The notes below the pieces were generated by a model. That model saw nothing but the letters and a program-made list of their open reading frames with translations. It was not told the DNA's origin and did no database searches. From assembly GCA_000708835.1 (NCBI GenBank), contig DF237048.1:1-64000 (forward strand): a DNA stretch of 64,000 nucleotides, written 5' to 3'. The number at the start of each line of letters is the position of its first letter. Within the stretch, counting starts at the first letter, position 1. This document shows positions 1 to 12,004 of this stretch, piece by piece. The stretch comes from Klebsormidium nitens. Its lineage: Eukaryota; Plantae; Klebsormidiophyceae. A program made the position numbers and the translations under genes.

Positions 1-279
1 TATTACGCCGTCTTGCAGACAGCCACGCAGTGCGTCGTTAAGACGTAACCACCGCCGTTTCGCTAACTCGCGGTCAACGAAATCCTGTCGAGAACGAGGT
101 TAGGCTTAACCAGTCGTAATCGTTACACTCGAAGTGATTCTCACAACCTCGCCTCGTCACCGGTGAGATTGTTCGACTTTGTTCTAGGAAGCCAGAAGCC
201 CGTCCTATCAAGTGCTTCGCCTGTCCAATCCTATCTAGTTTGTCCCCACTCTCACACAGAGTGACATTTCTCTGCACAG

Positions 280-1637
280 GAATCTACTGCGTCCCTACTC
301 TCCAAGAGATTATCCAAGTTTGCACCGGTTCCCCAACCGGCGCCCCGACCGGTCCAACCGGGCAGACGCCGGCTCCTACGACGCCCGGTTCAAGCACGCC
401 CGGTGCTACGACTCCCGCCCCGACCACTCCAACCGGGCAGGCGCCGGTTCCTACGACGCCCACTCTGAACACGCCTGGTGCCACTCCGGCCTCGACGACG
501 CAATCCACGGGCCCCGTACCTACGGATCGCGCGCCTGAGACCACAAGCTGCTTCACCTCCTGTGAGATTGCCGCTTTAATTTGCTCCGGGTTGGTTTGAG
601 GGAAAGTGGAGCGGTGCTGTGCGTGAAGACGTCTTTTGCTCTTGTTCCTTTGGCGATACGTATTGGCTCGTCCGTTCGCTTGTAGTTTTTGTGTCCCGTC
701 ACCTGCCTGTTGCTACTCTGGCCGGAAAAGTGATGTAACGCGTCGTCATCAGGAAGGTTTTCATCGCCTTTCGGATGTCAGACGAGCGGTGGCGTCGTTT
801 CTCATCTGATTCACGTATTGTCTCATAACCGTGGTCAAAATACTGATGGTCTCATTCCCCTCCCGTCTCTTTCTCCTACATGACTTTCCTCAGGTTTGAT
901 AGATCCAGTTGTACTGACCAACTACCTCTCCGTGCCAGATGTTCTGCTTGAAACTAACGGTCGACGTTTTGCCTCACAGTGTCGGCCTGCGGCGATATAT
1001 GTGACGTCACCTCCTCAACTCCGAACCGTTGCTGCAACGCGGTAAGTCAGCCTGCCCTTGTCTGACTAAGGCGTTGTTCTGAACTTCAATTCTATTAAAG
1101 ACTTGCACGAATCTGCCCGGAAGTTTCACTTCCAACCGCTTTTCTTAGCTGCAAAAAAGACAAAGTTTGGGTCAATCGCGCGTTTGCCTTCGTTCGACGG
1201 AGCAGTGCATAGAAGTGTGTAATGTAAGAACTGGAGCTGACGCGAAACCCTGTCCGAGTTTGCAACAGTCGTACTCTTGATTTACGACTTCGAGCTGTCT
1301 TGCCGGATAGATATATTCCGGACTTTGGAAACGGATCAGAAAACAGAGGCGTCCATCAACTACTCGATCAGGGACGTGGATATTGGTATGGCCTCTAAGG
1401 GTGTGGATTCACGAGCTCCAATTCTCCCTATCCGTCAATTTATCCTGGCGGTTCGACCTTCATCATTCTGGATTGAGATACCTTTATCGAATAGTGTCAG
1501 TTTCTCTGAAAGCTATGATTCTGTATATACAAACTTGACCGTTGGATGTACAGGAGGGGACGGTCGGTGTTTGCTGTCCCGCTGGTTGCGGCCCCAGTAT
1601 GCCCTTCGACAACTTCTCCCTCCCCACCTGCGGCTGA
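280..1637 (+). CDS. 3' part of a Pro/Thr-rich (mucin-like linker) protein with a C-terminal Cys-rich module; 5' exons not resolved
   Basis: Exon 280-561 (acceptor cacag at 275-279, donor gtgaga at 562, phase 1) encodes repeated GQxPxPTTP units. Exon 980-1041 (cacag acceptor, gtaagt donor) and exon 1554-1637 (tacag acceptor, TGA) join in matching phase to give ...TTSCFTSLSACGDICDVTSSTPNRCCNAEGTVGVCCPAGCGPSMPFDNFSLPTCG*. Unspliced read-through stops at 599. Confidence 0.5.
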
Positions 1638-3534
1638 AGGGTTCCGTTACCCGCAACGACTTCGGTCCGCGGAACGTGTACGATACTGTCGGACAGTGGC
1701 GGGAAGTCTGGGGTCTTTTGGTTCAATGAGCGAAGGATGAGCCTACGTTCCGTCTTCTAGACGGCTGGTGCGAATGAGCTAAGCATGACGTGGGCAGTAA
1801 AAGATTATTCCTGCCTGAGGATGAATAAGTTGGTCAGACAATAGTTCTGGAATTAGGAATCGGTCAGTTAGCGCAGTTGGTTGCGTCTTGCAACCGGCTT
1901 TGGCATTTTGTGACCGAGAACATAGGCTATAGCAGTAGGCGTAACGTATCTGCTCGGCGGGACGTCAAGGACGTACAGTCACTAGGGGGCTGGTAAGAGT
2001 ATGCGCGCGTGCATTCTATGCACTAGTCTGCAGTCACCAATTTCATGCTAGAATAAACTGTCCAGCATTGCAAAGCCGGCTTAGGACAACAATTCTGGCG
2101 TAGGAATTCTGGCATGCACGCTTGTCGTTATGTAGTGAGTCTAGTTAAGTCCTAGGACCCCTACCTATTTTGGCTGCTAGCTGTACCAGATGTTGCAACG
2201 CTGACGGTAATTATGACGAGGACTCACTGAGAAAGTACTCGTGTTTTTGCAATTGGCAAGTAGAGAGTCTGCTTCTGCTAACGTGTCGGGCGATACAGTT
2301 TCTTGCTCTCACTTGAAGAGGCTAGCAAGAAGTGGTCTCAGACAGAAGCCCTGTAAACGCTGTGCCGCTCTTTTATGAAGCGATCCCCTACCAACATGTG
2401 TTTTCTGAGTATCTTATGATTCATCTCCACAAAACTAATCAGTTGGAAGCTTAATTCATTTCTCATCTTGCATTTGAGTGTTCTTTCCTACTAGACCATC
2501 TGACGCGCAAGTCATCATAACGTAACTCGGGGGGATTGTGTAGTAGTCTTGAAACAAAGACTCGAATGTGAAAGACCATGGCCTACACGTGCGCCCCGCT
2601 CATTGTGCTGAGCTCAATTTATAATGGTCTCCAAAGAAAGTTGCAAGGGCCAACAACATCTGCATACAGAGAATCCTACGGGTGTTTACTATTTTCCGAG
2701 ATGCTAGACGATTTTTACAAATTGCGCGTACAACAGGAAAATAAGGCTTACTCAGGTAAAACGGTGGATCGCCGCTCACTTTTCGACAGAACTTAAGTCA
2801 AACTTCCTGAGATGTTACATGGACGTCGGAAGTGAAAGTAAAGCTCGCCATGTCGATCCGAAAGAAAGGAATGTTGACTGGCTTGTCGTGCATGAGTCTG
2901 GTGTCTTAAGGCGCCTCCAACTTCAAATAATCTGGTGCCCGACTTGGCCGCCGTGGTTACCTGTATGCCAGATTGTCACTAGCACACGATCGAATCTTCT
3001 GACATTTTTTCGAAGCATCTGGAGAAGCGAGATATCCCATTAGTGAGACCGATTTCTTCTGATTAGTTGTGCACAAATTCAGTGCACGATGCAAGCGGCC
3101 GTGCGCGGGGCCGTCTCAGGATGTCGATCATTTACTCGTCACAAGCGTTAGGCATTCAAATGCAAATTACTTTTCTTGGTTGACTAACTCATTTCGTGCC
3201 CCCTGGCGGATGATGCTGACGGGTCGAGATCATAGGTACTCTGAACCAAGCTTGTAGCCTATAGGTAATTCAGAGGGAGTGCTCAGTGGAGATTCGCTCG
3301 CTGTAGCCTTGGTGCGTGCCGCCGGGCCGCGCCCCGCTGGCGCGGCGGCCGCGCATATCTGATCTGTGGCGGCCGCCGCGCAATCATTGCAGTCGCCTAT
3401 AACTTATACTATTAGTCCTTACCCCCTTTGTTTTGCCTACAAACGCCAGGCCCGGCCTCGGTGCAAGTCCCACCTACCGTCACCTGTCCAACCTGCCGTC
3501 ACCTGCCGTTGATCATATCCGTCTGTATGGCGGT

Positions 3535-3792
3535 TCGAAGTGAAATCCCGGTTTCTGGTCCCTGACCGACCAAAATCCGAAGGATTTTCGAAAAAATATA
3601 TAAAAGTTATCCACTTTTGGTCTCGGACTCTGCGATTTTGAGACCAAGTTTTATGCAGATACCAGAGAATCGGTAGAACTTTTTGGCTTCTGCCCCAGAA
3701 TTTTTGGTTTTTCCTGCCTTATCAGCATATTGTGAGTAAAATATATTTAATTTTTCCCGACCGACCGACCCAAAACCGGGATATAACTTCGA
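3535..3792. mobile_element. Candidate MITE-like element with degenerate terminal inverted repeats
   Basis: tcgaagtgaaatcccggtttctggtc (3535-3560) versus the reverse complement of 3767-3792 (tcgaagttatatcccggttttgggtc): 22/26 identical, enclosing an AT-rich non-coding interior. No clear target-site duplication (TSD). Confidence 0.4.
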
Positions 3793-4274
3793 CTGGCCTA
3801 TTGGAGGTAAATCCCGCGCCGTTAAATAATTTCAGCCACCATGCAATGCCGTTTCTGAGGACATTCTTCAGGTGGTGTCCGGCTCGTTGCCCGGTGTCTT
3901 CGTCCACAAAATTGAAAAGCACGCACCGTACGAGCCCCAGAACCGAATCGGGTCCAGAAGTGGATCGCGCTGACCAAGAAGTGGATCAATTTTTATGTTA
4001 TCTTGTTCCAGTCTACGCCGATCGCCGATACCTCTAGTCGTTTTGCATTTTATGACCTAAAACAAAGGATTTCAGGGCTGCAAGGACCTCCTCTTGGCCA
4101 AATTTTAATTCGTTTGCAGCCCTTGATGAGGTTTAGAAATAAAGGATATGCGGCGAAAACTGATCACAAATTGGTTCAGATTTGATCACAGCATTGCAGA
4201 TAAGCGCTCAAAAAATAAGGTGAGCCGGTATAGGGTCCCGTACGGCACTTGAAAACTAAAATTTGGCAATTATG

Positions 4275-4470
4275 TACCGTACTGCTTTTTAATTTCGGCG
4301 AAAAATAAATAATTATTTGGCCTGCTGAAAATTTTAAATAATTATCCAAGGGCGATAATGGTCGATAACGGTTCTTTTTAGCAGGTAACGCTGGGTCTGC
4401 CGAAAGTTTCAAACGTTTCATAATTAACTATTTTGCGTCGAAGGTGCCGATATTAAAAAGCAGTACGGTA
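4275..4470. mobile_element. Tc1/mariner-superfamily-like MITE (about 190 bp) with TA target duplication
   Basis: TA|CCGTACTGCTTTTTAATTTCGGC (4275-4299) and GCCGATATTAAAAAGCAGTACGG|TA (4446-4470) form a 25-bp inverted repeat with 1 mismatch. TA flanks both ends and the interior is AT-rich and non-coding. Confidence 0.6.
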
Positions 4471-4947
4471 TTATGATGCAAGGCATGCTCACGTGGCATC
4501 CCTTGTGGCACCAATGGCGCAAAAGTGGCGCAAAACTGGCAAAAGTGGCAGCTCTTCTCAAGAGCAGCGAAGGCAGGCTGCAGCTTGGAACAGGTCCCTA
4601 GCTGTGCTTCAATGCAAAAGAGGAGTTTCTGGAGTTATGCAGGGGGTCCCTGACATGCATTTGCGGTTACGCAGTTAAGTAGCCGCTAGATTTTTGTTCT
4701 GCTGCAAAGAGATAGCGATTTGATGAGAGGAAAGTGCTCTGACCATCTTTTTCGTGCGGAGATCCGTGCCCCGTTCAGCCCAGCCATTTCACAGAATACA
4801 AGAGCCGTTTGAGGAACGTCAGATTGAGAAAGGGTAGAAAAGCAGCTGGTCACATTTGATTTGCTAGCTTCTCTCACAGCAATTAGCAGTTTGCTCAGCC
4901 TCTACTTCGTGTCATCTTGCGCTTCTGTCTTTTGCTTGTGAGGCGCG

Positions 4948-4957
4948 TATATATAAG
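4948..4957 (+). promoter_or_regulatory. TATA-like box upstream of the ABHD11-like gene
   Basis: TATATATAAG 30 nt before ATG 4978. It is unusually close to the ATG, so the assignment is tentative. Confidence 0.3.
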
Positions 4958-4977
4958 GGGCTGGCGTGGTATAAGAG

Positions 4978-7900
4978 ATGGCCGCTGCGGCAAGGTGGCA
5001 GAGGGCCGGGCTGGCTGAGTACTCCTTCCAATGCATCAGATCCGGGAACATCTTTACAAAGGGCCGATGCATAGGGCCTGCTGTTACCCCATGCAGAAAG
5101 TGCGGATGCGAGCTGGACAGAAGTGCGCGACATCAGAGCCAACGGCAAGGGCAGAGAGCACATACTCAGAAAAGTTTTCAGGTAAGTGTTTCCTCGAAAC
5201 CGCATGTAATAAGGCCACATTGCATGCTATTGGCAGACAACCTTTGGGATCCTTGAATTCCAAAATTAGAAAATGGATTTCAAATCGTCAAGTTTGGGGA
5301 TCTTCAACTGGTTTGTCTCTCAGTGTCCATTCAGGGAGCCAAACAGTCCAATGTCTCGCTTGACATACAAAGAAGTATCAGCGGATTTTCGCGTTGATCA
5401 CCTTCAGTTGTCTGTACATTTGCTTTTGTTCACACGCTGCTTCTGACACCTGCCTAAACAATTCTCTGTCCTTTCGAATGCCCACTGTAAGCCCCTGATC
5501 ACATTGATCCGCTGCCAGCATCCTAAACACATCCCACTGCGGCCCGCTGTTGTTGCCTGGAACATAGCATTCTCTTCATCAAAGCAACGGCCTTTATATT
5601 CACCTAACGCGCCTAGAGGAAGCCTAGAACTAGACTGAACTGAAATCCGAGCACATGAGCTTGAATTTACAAGTTCGAAACTGTCTTTCATAGCTTTGGT
5701 CGCCATGTCTGCTGCAGTTGTTGTACCTCAAGAACCCGAACACTCATCGATTGCATCGCTTTTCAAATGGAAGCCACCGGAATGGATGCAGTTCCCAGTC
5801 GGAGATCTCAATACCTCCGACAGAACTCATGTCCCCAACGTATCCTTGATACATAGACCATAGACATCAAGTATGGTTTGTCAATCAGCAACCTGTGCTG
5901 AGCACCACAGTTCTTCGCTCCTATCATGCAGAGCACTTTCATTGGACGGAACATTGGTCTTTGGCATAGAAACACGAGGAGCACTGGAAAGCGGGCCTTC
6001 TCTGTGCACGCCACCCTGACGCGTCCCGTAGAGCACACGAGTCTAGTTGCGGAGGATCCTCCAGGGCTGCTTGCTTATGAGTTGGTACAGGGCGCACTGG
6101 TGAGGTGACGGAAAACACCTCGATTGAGACGTAGAGCCGTACACTTGGCAGCGCCCGGCAATATGGTGTTTTTGGAGTGATCTCCGGTCTGACTTTCCAA
6201 ATATTTCTATTGTTTGAATATCGTATGGGGCAGATTCTCTTTTCTCAGTTACCCGACTTGCTCCCTTGTTTGAATTTTAGTGATTGTCTCGATATCAGCG
6301 ATGTCAGATATCAAGCACTGTGTCTGCACACACGACTAAGCATAAGGCTCTGAACCATGTTCAAGACCTTTTCTTTCTGTTGGACTGTGCGAAAATATTC
6401 AGATATGTTCCGCCTAACTCAGCAGGTTCTATGTTGATGGCATTTAGAGCTCCCTAGGCTCCTATCCTGCATATTGCGCTCCTTTCACAATCGCATCAGC
6501 AAGATTCATTGGGTTTCTCAGGTGCGATGGTCAGACAACAACGGAAAGCGGACGCCGGCACCTCCAACGGCGGTGTTACTGCACGGGATCCTGGGGGGCC
6601 GACGAAACTGGAGTGAGTCTCCTATGCGAATCCAGGCCTCCTAAAAGCACTGACTTTCTTCTTCCTCGCTTTGACTTGCATCCTTGTCTCGCTCCAATGT
6701 GGACTTTTCGAAAATCTCCTGCAGTGCATCCGTGCTCGTCTGGACAGTATCAGAGGCTTCGTGACAGGATAGGCGCTCGGATGTCATTACAAGATAGTCT
6801 ACCGATTTTTCACCATGCTGAACACAGAAGTCGTCTCCTTGCAACAGGTTCTTTTGCGCGGCGCCTTGCGCAAGAGTTCCCGAACTGGCAGGTGAGTCAA
6901 CTGCAGTCTGACGTATGCTGTGGCTCCCTGAGGTCCCTTTTTGAAGTGCCGACACAAAAGACGTCAATAGGCGTAGTCGCCATGATTCCAGAGATGTGCG
7001 ATCCCGGATGGGCAAAGCAAAACGGTATTTCAGACCGAAAAAGTCCAGTCGGTAAGTTGACAACCTGCGTCCGGAATACCGTTCAACAATCCGAAGTTTA
7101 AAGTGGTGAAAGTACTGGCGTGCTCACTAGATTGCTTCGTATGTTTGGAGTGAAAGTTTTGCTTTGCCTTTCCGGAATTGTGTATCTCCAAAAGCAGGGC
7201 GACTACATCTAGTCGAACCTGGACAAGCTTGTCCTAAATGGGCGGCCATTTCAACCTTCCACAGAATGCTGCGAGTCTTCTGAGGACCAACTCCGCTTGC
7301 CGATATAAAACCCTGTCCCGTGGTAATCCTTGAAGCTAGGACGACTTGTTCATTCCTCGCAGAGGGTTCGCTATCAATTTCATATGTTGATTGACAAGTG
7401 TTGCTAAGAACTGGAGGTGAAGAATTAGCAGAGACTTTCCGGTTGGATCGGTTGCCGTCCGCCCGTGTCAACCAAAGACAATCATCTGCTGCAGTTCCTT
7501 TTAGTCGACCTCCGATGTCACGGCGAGTCTGCCGCAGTCAGGCGTCCGGGGCCCCACAGCGTTGACACCGCCGCACTAGACGTCCTCCAGCTGGTGAGCA
7601 GTGTCGGACATACTGTGTCAAAGCCCTCCACCTTTTGAGCTTGGAATGCTAGATTCAGCTGGTGAGCGATCGAAGAACCTGTTTCAGAGGCCCCATCCGC
7701 CTTTTGGGGTTTGGAAATTGAAAACGTCATCTCGAGGCAGCACCATCAATCATGTGACTCCCTTTCCCTACTCCTTCCCCTGAGAACTTTTTCCTGGTAG
7801 GAGTCTAGTGCGTCTGCCCAAGTCGTGCTTGACTTCGGCTACTGGTGTATCTCGTCTATCCGGCACTTTGCTTTATGAAAGAAGGTCTGCTGCAAGTTGG

Positions 7901-10433
7901 AGACATCGTTGCATCGATGCATCATTAGCTTTCCAGCAAACTGCTGAGTTGCGCGTTACTGTTACCCGTGCCGATTACAACAAGTGTCAAGGCTGCAATT
8001 GCTATGAGGAGGCTTGCGAAAGCAGGCTGGTGTAAATTGCAAAGGACGATCTCTTACTCGGAGCTTGTCCCTTGTGGTCGTGCGTCTGGGCGTCCAGAGA
8101 ACTCAAACTCAACCCCAAAATCTGGCCTGCCGGTTTGCAGATCGTGCAACTGAAGCTCGTTCCCCGCATGCTCATCGGGCACAGCTTCGGCGGCAAGGTG
8201 GCGCTCAGTATGGTGGAGCAAGCGAAGAAGCCGCTAGCACAGCCAGTACAGGTGGGTGCGAGTCAATTCTGTGTCTCATTTACAAAACGTCTCCAGGCTC
8301 TCCTAGCATATACTTCACAATCGTTGCATTTCGTCGAGGAGGCGGAATTCTTCTTGCTGCCGAAAAGGTGCTTTTGAACACCAAGCCGTGGTCCTCGAAG
8401 CCCGAAGACACTTTGGTCACCGAGCGAAATAGTGATGATGTGGCAATGGTCAATTCGCCCCTCGTAAAGGTTTGGTTTGGTCCACTCGCCATCGTCAACT
8501 ACGAACGCTCAGAAAAAGATATTCAGAGTCACTGCAGCACGATTGCATTCCGTCGTTTGCGCGACGAACGTGACCGTCAAAGACCGAGGCGCCCAACAGG
8601 TCGTCGGCTTTTTTCGTCCCTGATTGTTACTGCAGTTCGGGTTTTGGATGTCGCACCAGCTGTCAAATGCTCTGCGTAAAGCGCACAGCTGTGCAAACCT
8701 TGATGACGTGGCGGCATTCATTGCAGCGCCACGTTTGCAACGTGAGATTGGGAACCTCGTCAGCAGGTCAGAGTAGGCGAGCACGGATGCATCAGCACTG
8801 ACGGCACAAACGACCTAAAACGTCACATACCTCGGATCCTGGAAAGCATGAAGTCAGCTTTTCTCTCGTAGCAACTTTCGAGCCTATCTTGGCCTCTAAA
8901 GTCGCCGGACGACTAGATTGGTGACACGCGCCTCCTTAGAGATCTTACTCATTCTCGGCGACCATTGCCTGCGGCAGGTGTGGGTGTTGGACGCCACGCC
9001 GGGCCTCGTCCGAGCGGGGCTGGACGAAGAGGACCACCCCGCGGAGCTGATTGCCGCACTGAAAAAGATGCCCAAACTAGTTCCGGACAGGTGAGCCCCG
9101 CGCGTCCGTCCGAAATTACGGTCTGGCAGGAGAGTACGGGGCTTGTGTGCTTGCTACAGATATGTTCTGCGAACGTTCTTGACAGAGGGCCGGTTTGTGA
9201 GCCCCGTGTGTTCGTGCACTCGGTGCCTGGTCAACAGCCCGCCGAGGGAAGTCGTTTTCGTTGGGGGTTCAAAAAGTGGTGGATTGGGTGGACGCTTCGC
9301 CCAAAAACTCGACCCTTGATTGATAAACCGATCTGAAGCCCACATATCGTTTCGCAGCATTGAGCAACACTTGCGGGGTTTTCGACTAGCGCAAACCGTC
9401 ACCTCGAGGATCACGTGCAAAACGTAGCGATTCAAACCAAAGAACAACGGGCTTAGGCGGTGACGTCGTCGTTTGTGCAGGCGGTACATCATAGACCGGC
9501 TGATCCAGGAGGGCTTCTCCCCCGGCATCGCCCAGTGGATGACCACCAACCTTAAAAAGACGGAAAACGGCTACGGCTGGGTATTCAACTTGGCCGGCAT
9601 TTCGGACATGTACCGGTCGTACGAAGACACGTACCTCTGGTAAGTAACTGCGCAGCTCATTCTCTGTCGCAGCTTTCCATTGCCTTGTCCGCATTTCTTC
9701 TGGCCATCATGTTTCCTTACTTAGTTGCTGCAGATAGTCGAACAAGGATGGCACCGGTAGTGGATCGGTATGAATCTTGGAAGTCTGAGCGAGAGTGTTT
9801 GTTGGCAGCTCGAGAAGTGGCCGGAACGGTTTGCTGTCAATCTGCAGCCGTTCGTCAGGTCATTTGCTGGACCATTCAAGTCCCAGTTCCGATCTTCCAA
9901 AGATTGTAATTTGTGCTTGTTTTGAAGGACAATCCAAAAGCGTATGGTTCGCGACACATAACGAAGACGTCTGTTGAGTTCGTTTCGCTGGCAGCCAGCA
10001 ATTACCTGCGAACCTGTTGTCCTGCAGGTACAGCGTTTATACTGTCTAATCTACATTGTGAATTGCTCGGCAGAATGCCTCCGCTCAATAGGCATACTCA
10101 GGAATCCTTTCCTGCTGTCCGGCTTGACACCACACAGCCAACCCGTTCCTCGTACTTTTCCACAGGCGGATAGTGGAAGACGTTCCCGCGGGTATTCACA
10201 TCAACTTCCTCAGGGCGGAGCGCAGCCTCCACCGGTGGCACCGCGACGATATCGACCGAATCTACTTCGCCGAGCACGCCGCAAACTGGCAGGGGGGCGC
10301 TGGGGGCGTCCAAATGCACGTGCTGGCGGACGCTGGACACTGGGTCCATACGGACAACCCGGAAGGGCTGTTCCGGATACTGGCCCCGTCGTTTGGGCCG
10401 ACGCAAAGCCGGCAGCACGTGTTGCAAGACTAG
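4978..10433 (+). CDS. ABHD11: Alpha/beta hydrolase, plant ABHD11-like, with a probable organellar transit peptide; 9 exons
   Basis: Exons 4978-5181, 5932-6099, 6522-6612, 6848-6891, 7495-7593, 8141-8251, 8978-9090, 9481-9639, 10166-10433, all GT-AG and phase-consistent. Motifs: LAYELVQGALV, PTAVLLHGILG, LVDLRCHGES, nucleophile elbow GHSFGGK, VWVLDATPG, AGHWVHTDNP. Exon 1 is the least certain. Confidence 0.9.
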
Positions 10434-10895
10434 CAGGCCCGGTGCACGAATATTATGTCGCTGTGTTTGAAAGGTTCGAATGAAACGATGCCATGTAGGT
10501 GATTTCAATAACTATGTTGACGAGTGTAGAGCTGTTCCAAATGGTGCAGCCACCGCTTGTCTTAAACAACAAATCCAACTGATGTGGTGGCCGAAGATAT
10601 GGCCCGGGCTACACGCTCAAAGAAAGCTTCCTGCCACTGACACGCACTGCCTGGCTCGGCATTATTTGACAAAGGTAAGCCCGGGCCGGCCCCTGCCGTC
10701 CGCAGTGCTTGCTGGCATCATGCTAATCAGGTCAGCTGTTAACATAGCCATGTCATCATTATGTAAGTGTCGATGATAGGTACATTGGGACTCTCAGCGG
10801 CTCAGTCCATTGTTACTAGCTAAAGACATGCAATCATGATAATCGCGGGGGGCCCGTGCTGCAATCTCAGAGCGCCCGTGGCATATACATACTGC

Positions 10896-11011
10896 GTAGT
10901 GTGTGGAGCTCAATGTATTTTATGCAGCTAGTGCGAATGGCCTACCGGCATGCCGGTGGGCCATTCGCACTGCAATTTGAATTAAGTAGCTATAATTGAG
11001 AGCTCCACTAC
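10896..11011. other. Long imperfect hairpin/palindrome in the intergenic region between convergent genes
   Basis: Core 10930-10971 (agtgcgaatggcctaccggcatgccggtgggccattcgcact) is a 42-bp palindrome with one T-G pair. Outer arms gtagtgtgtggagctcaat (10896-10914) and attgagagctccactac (10995-11011) are also complementary. Confidence 0.75.
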
Positions 11012-12004
11012 TGCCATACCTCTGTTGCATGACCCCGCGATCCCATCCGGAAACGTTTTGGATTGAACACTTCATGCAGTAACTCCCATTTCACTTTAGA
11101 GCCATTAATTTCACTTAGAATAGGCGCCCGGCCAGGAGACGGATAGGGTTGGCGCTTGGTATGGTACGTTCGGGTGCGGAGCGCGGGTGATTCTGTCGAC
11201 GTTAGGGTTTTTGTTTTGTTTGCCCGGGTAGCTCGGACATTAAGTGAAATCAGAGTTACCATTATGGATTGAACATGCGTTTCCATAATGATTGTCGCAT
11301 GGGTTGTCTCAAGCCTGAGTACGTATATAGCTAACCGTGAACATTCTTTCGACATGGGACTCCATCCAGGATTTTGGTATCCTGTGCAAGCCTGACCGCT
11401 GGGTGGCCAGGCCAGCCAAATTGTAGCGCACCATACGAACCACAATGATGCATATGCATGCAGGCAATCCAGCATGTTTATGGCAACTATGCAGAAGCAG
11501 GTTTCACATTAAGTCAAGCGCCGCCAACCTAAGATTCACATCCTCTGTAGCTCATGCAGGTACCGTTGATTGGGCGCACGTCCAACTGAAAGAGAGTAAA
11601 GCACTGCAGCCTTTCACTAAGTATCAACATGCTCAAACAACCTAAATCCTACCTAGAAAGCAGCTCGCATAAGTATCGTCGTACCTTTGATGGTCACTTG
11701 ATCTGAGCTACTACAGCTAAGTTGCACCCTAATTAGGCCACACAAACACTAGATAAGGGTTTTTCTAAGCAACTCCGCCTGCTTAAACAGACCTTAACCC
11801 TCTTTCTTGATACCACTTCTCTTGCGCTAGGACTTCTGAGAAACCCCAGCGGCTATGCTTCCGGTCTACCTAAGTCTTTCCCAAGCAGCTCACTATGAAA
11901 CAGCACACGCATCTACTTGGCCCCCACCTGCAAGTACTTGCTGGATAGACTAAAGGGTCTCCAATTGCCAATAGATGGAACTTACAACAGTGATTGTTGC
12001 CTCT

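Noticed and set aside
1277-1729. 150-aa ORF in the track
   Set aside because: TTG start and no recognisable motifs. It overlaps a better-supported intron and terminal exon in another frame.
3340-3382. GC-rich 13-bp hairpin resembling a Helitron 3' end
   Set aside because: No CTRR terminus at the expected distance on either strand.
4504-4550. Repeated tggcgcaaaa motifs as E2F sites
   Set aside because: They do not match TTTSSCGS exactly and are more simply a short tandem repeat.
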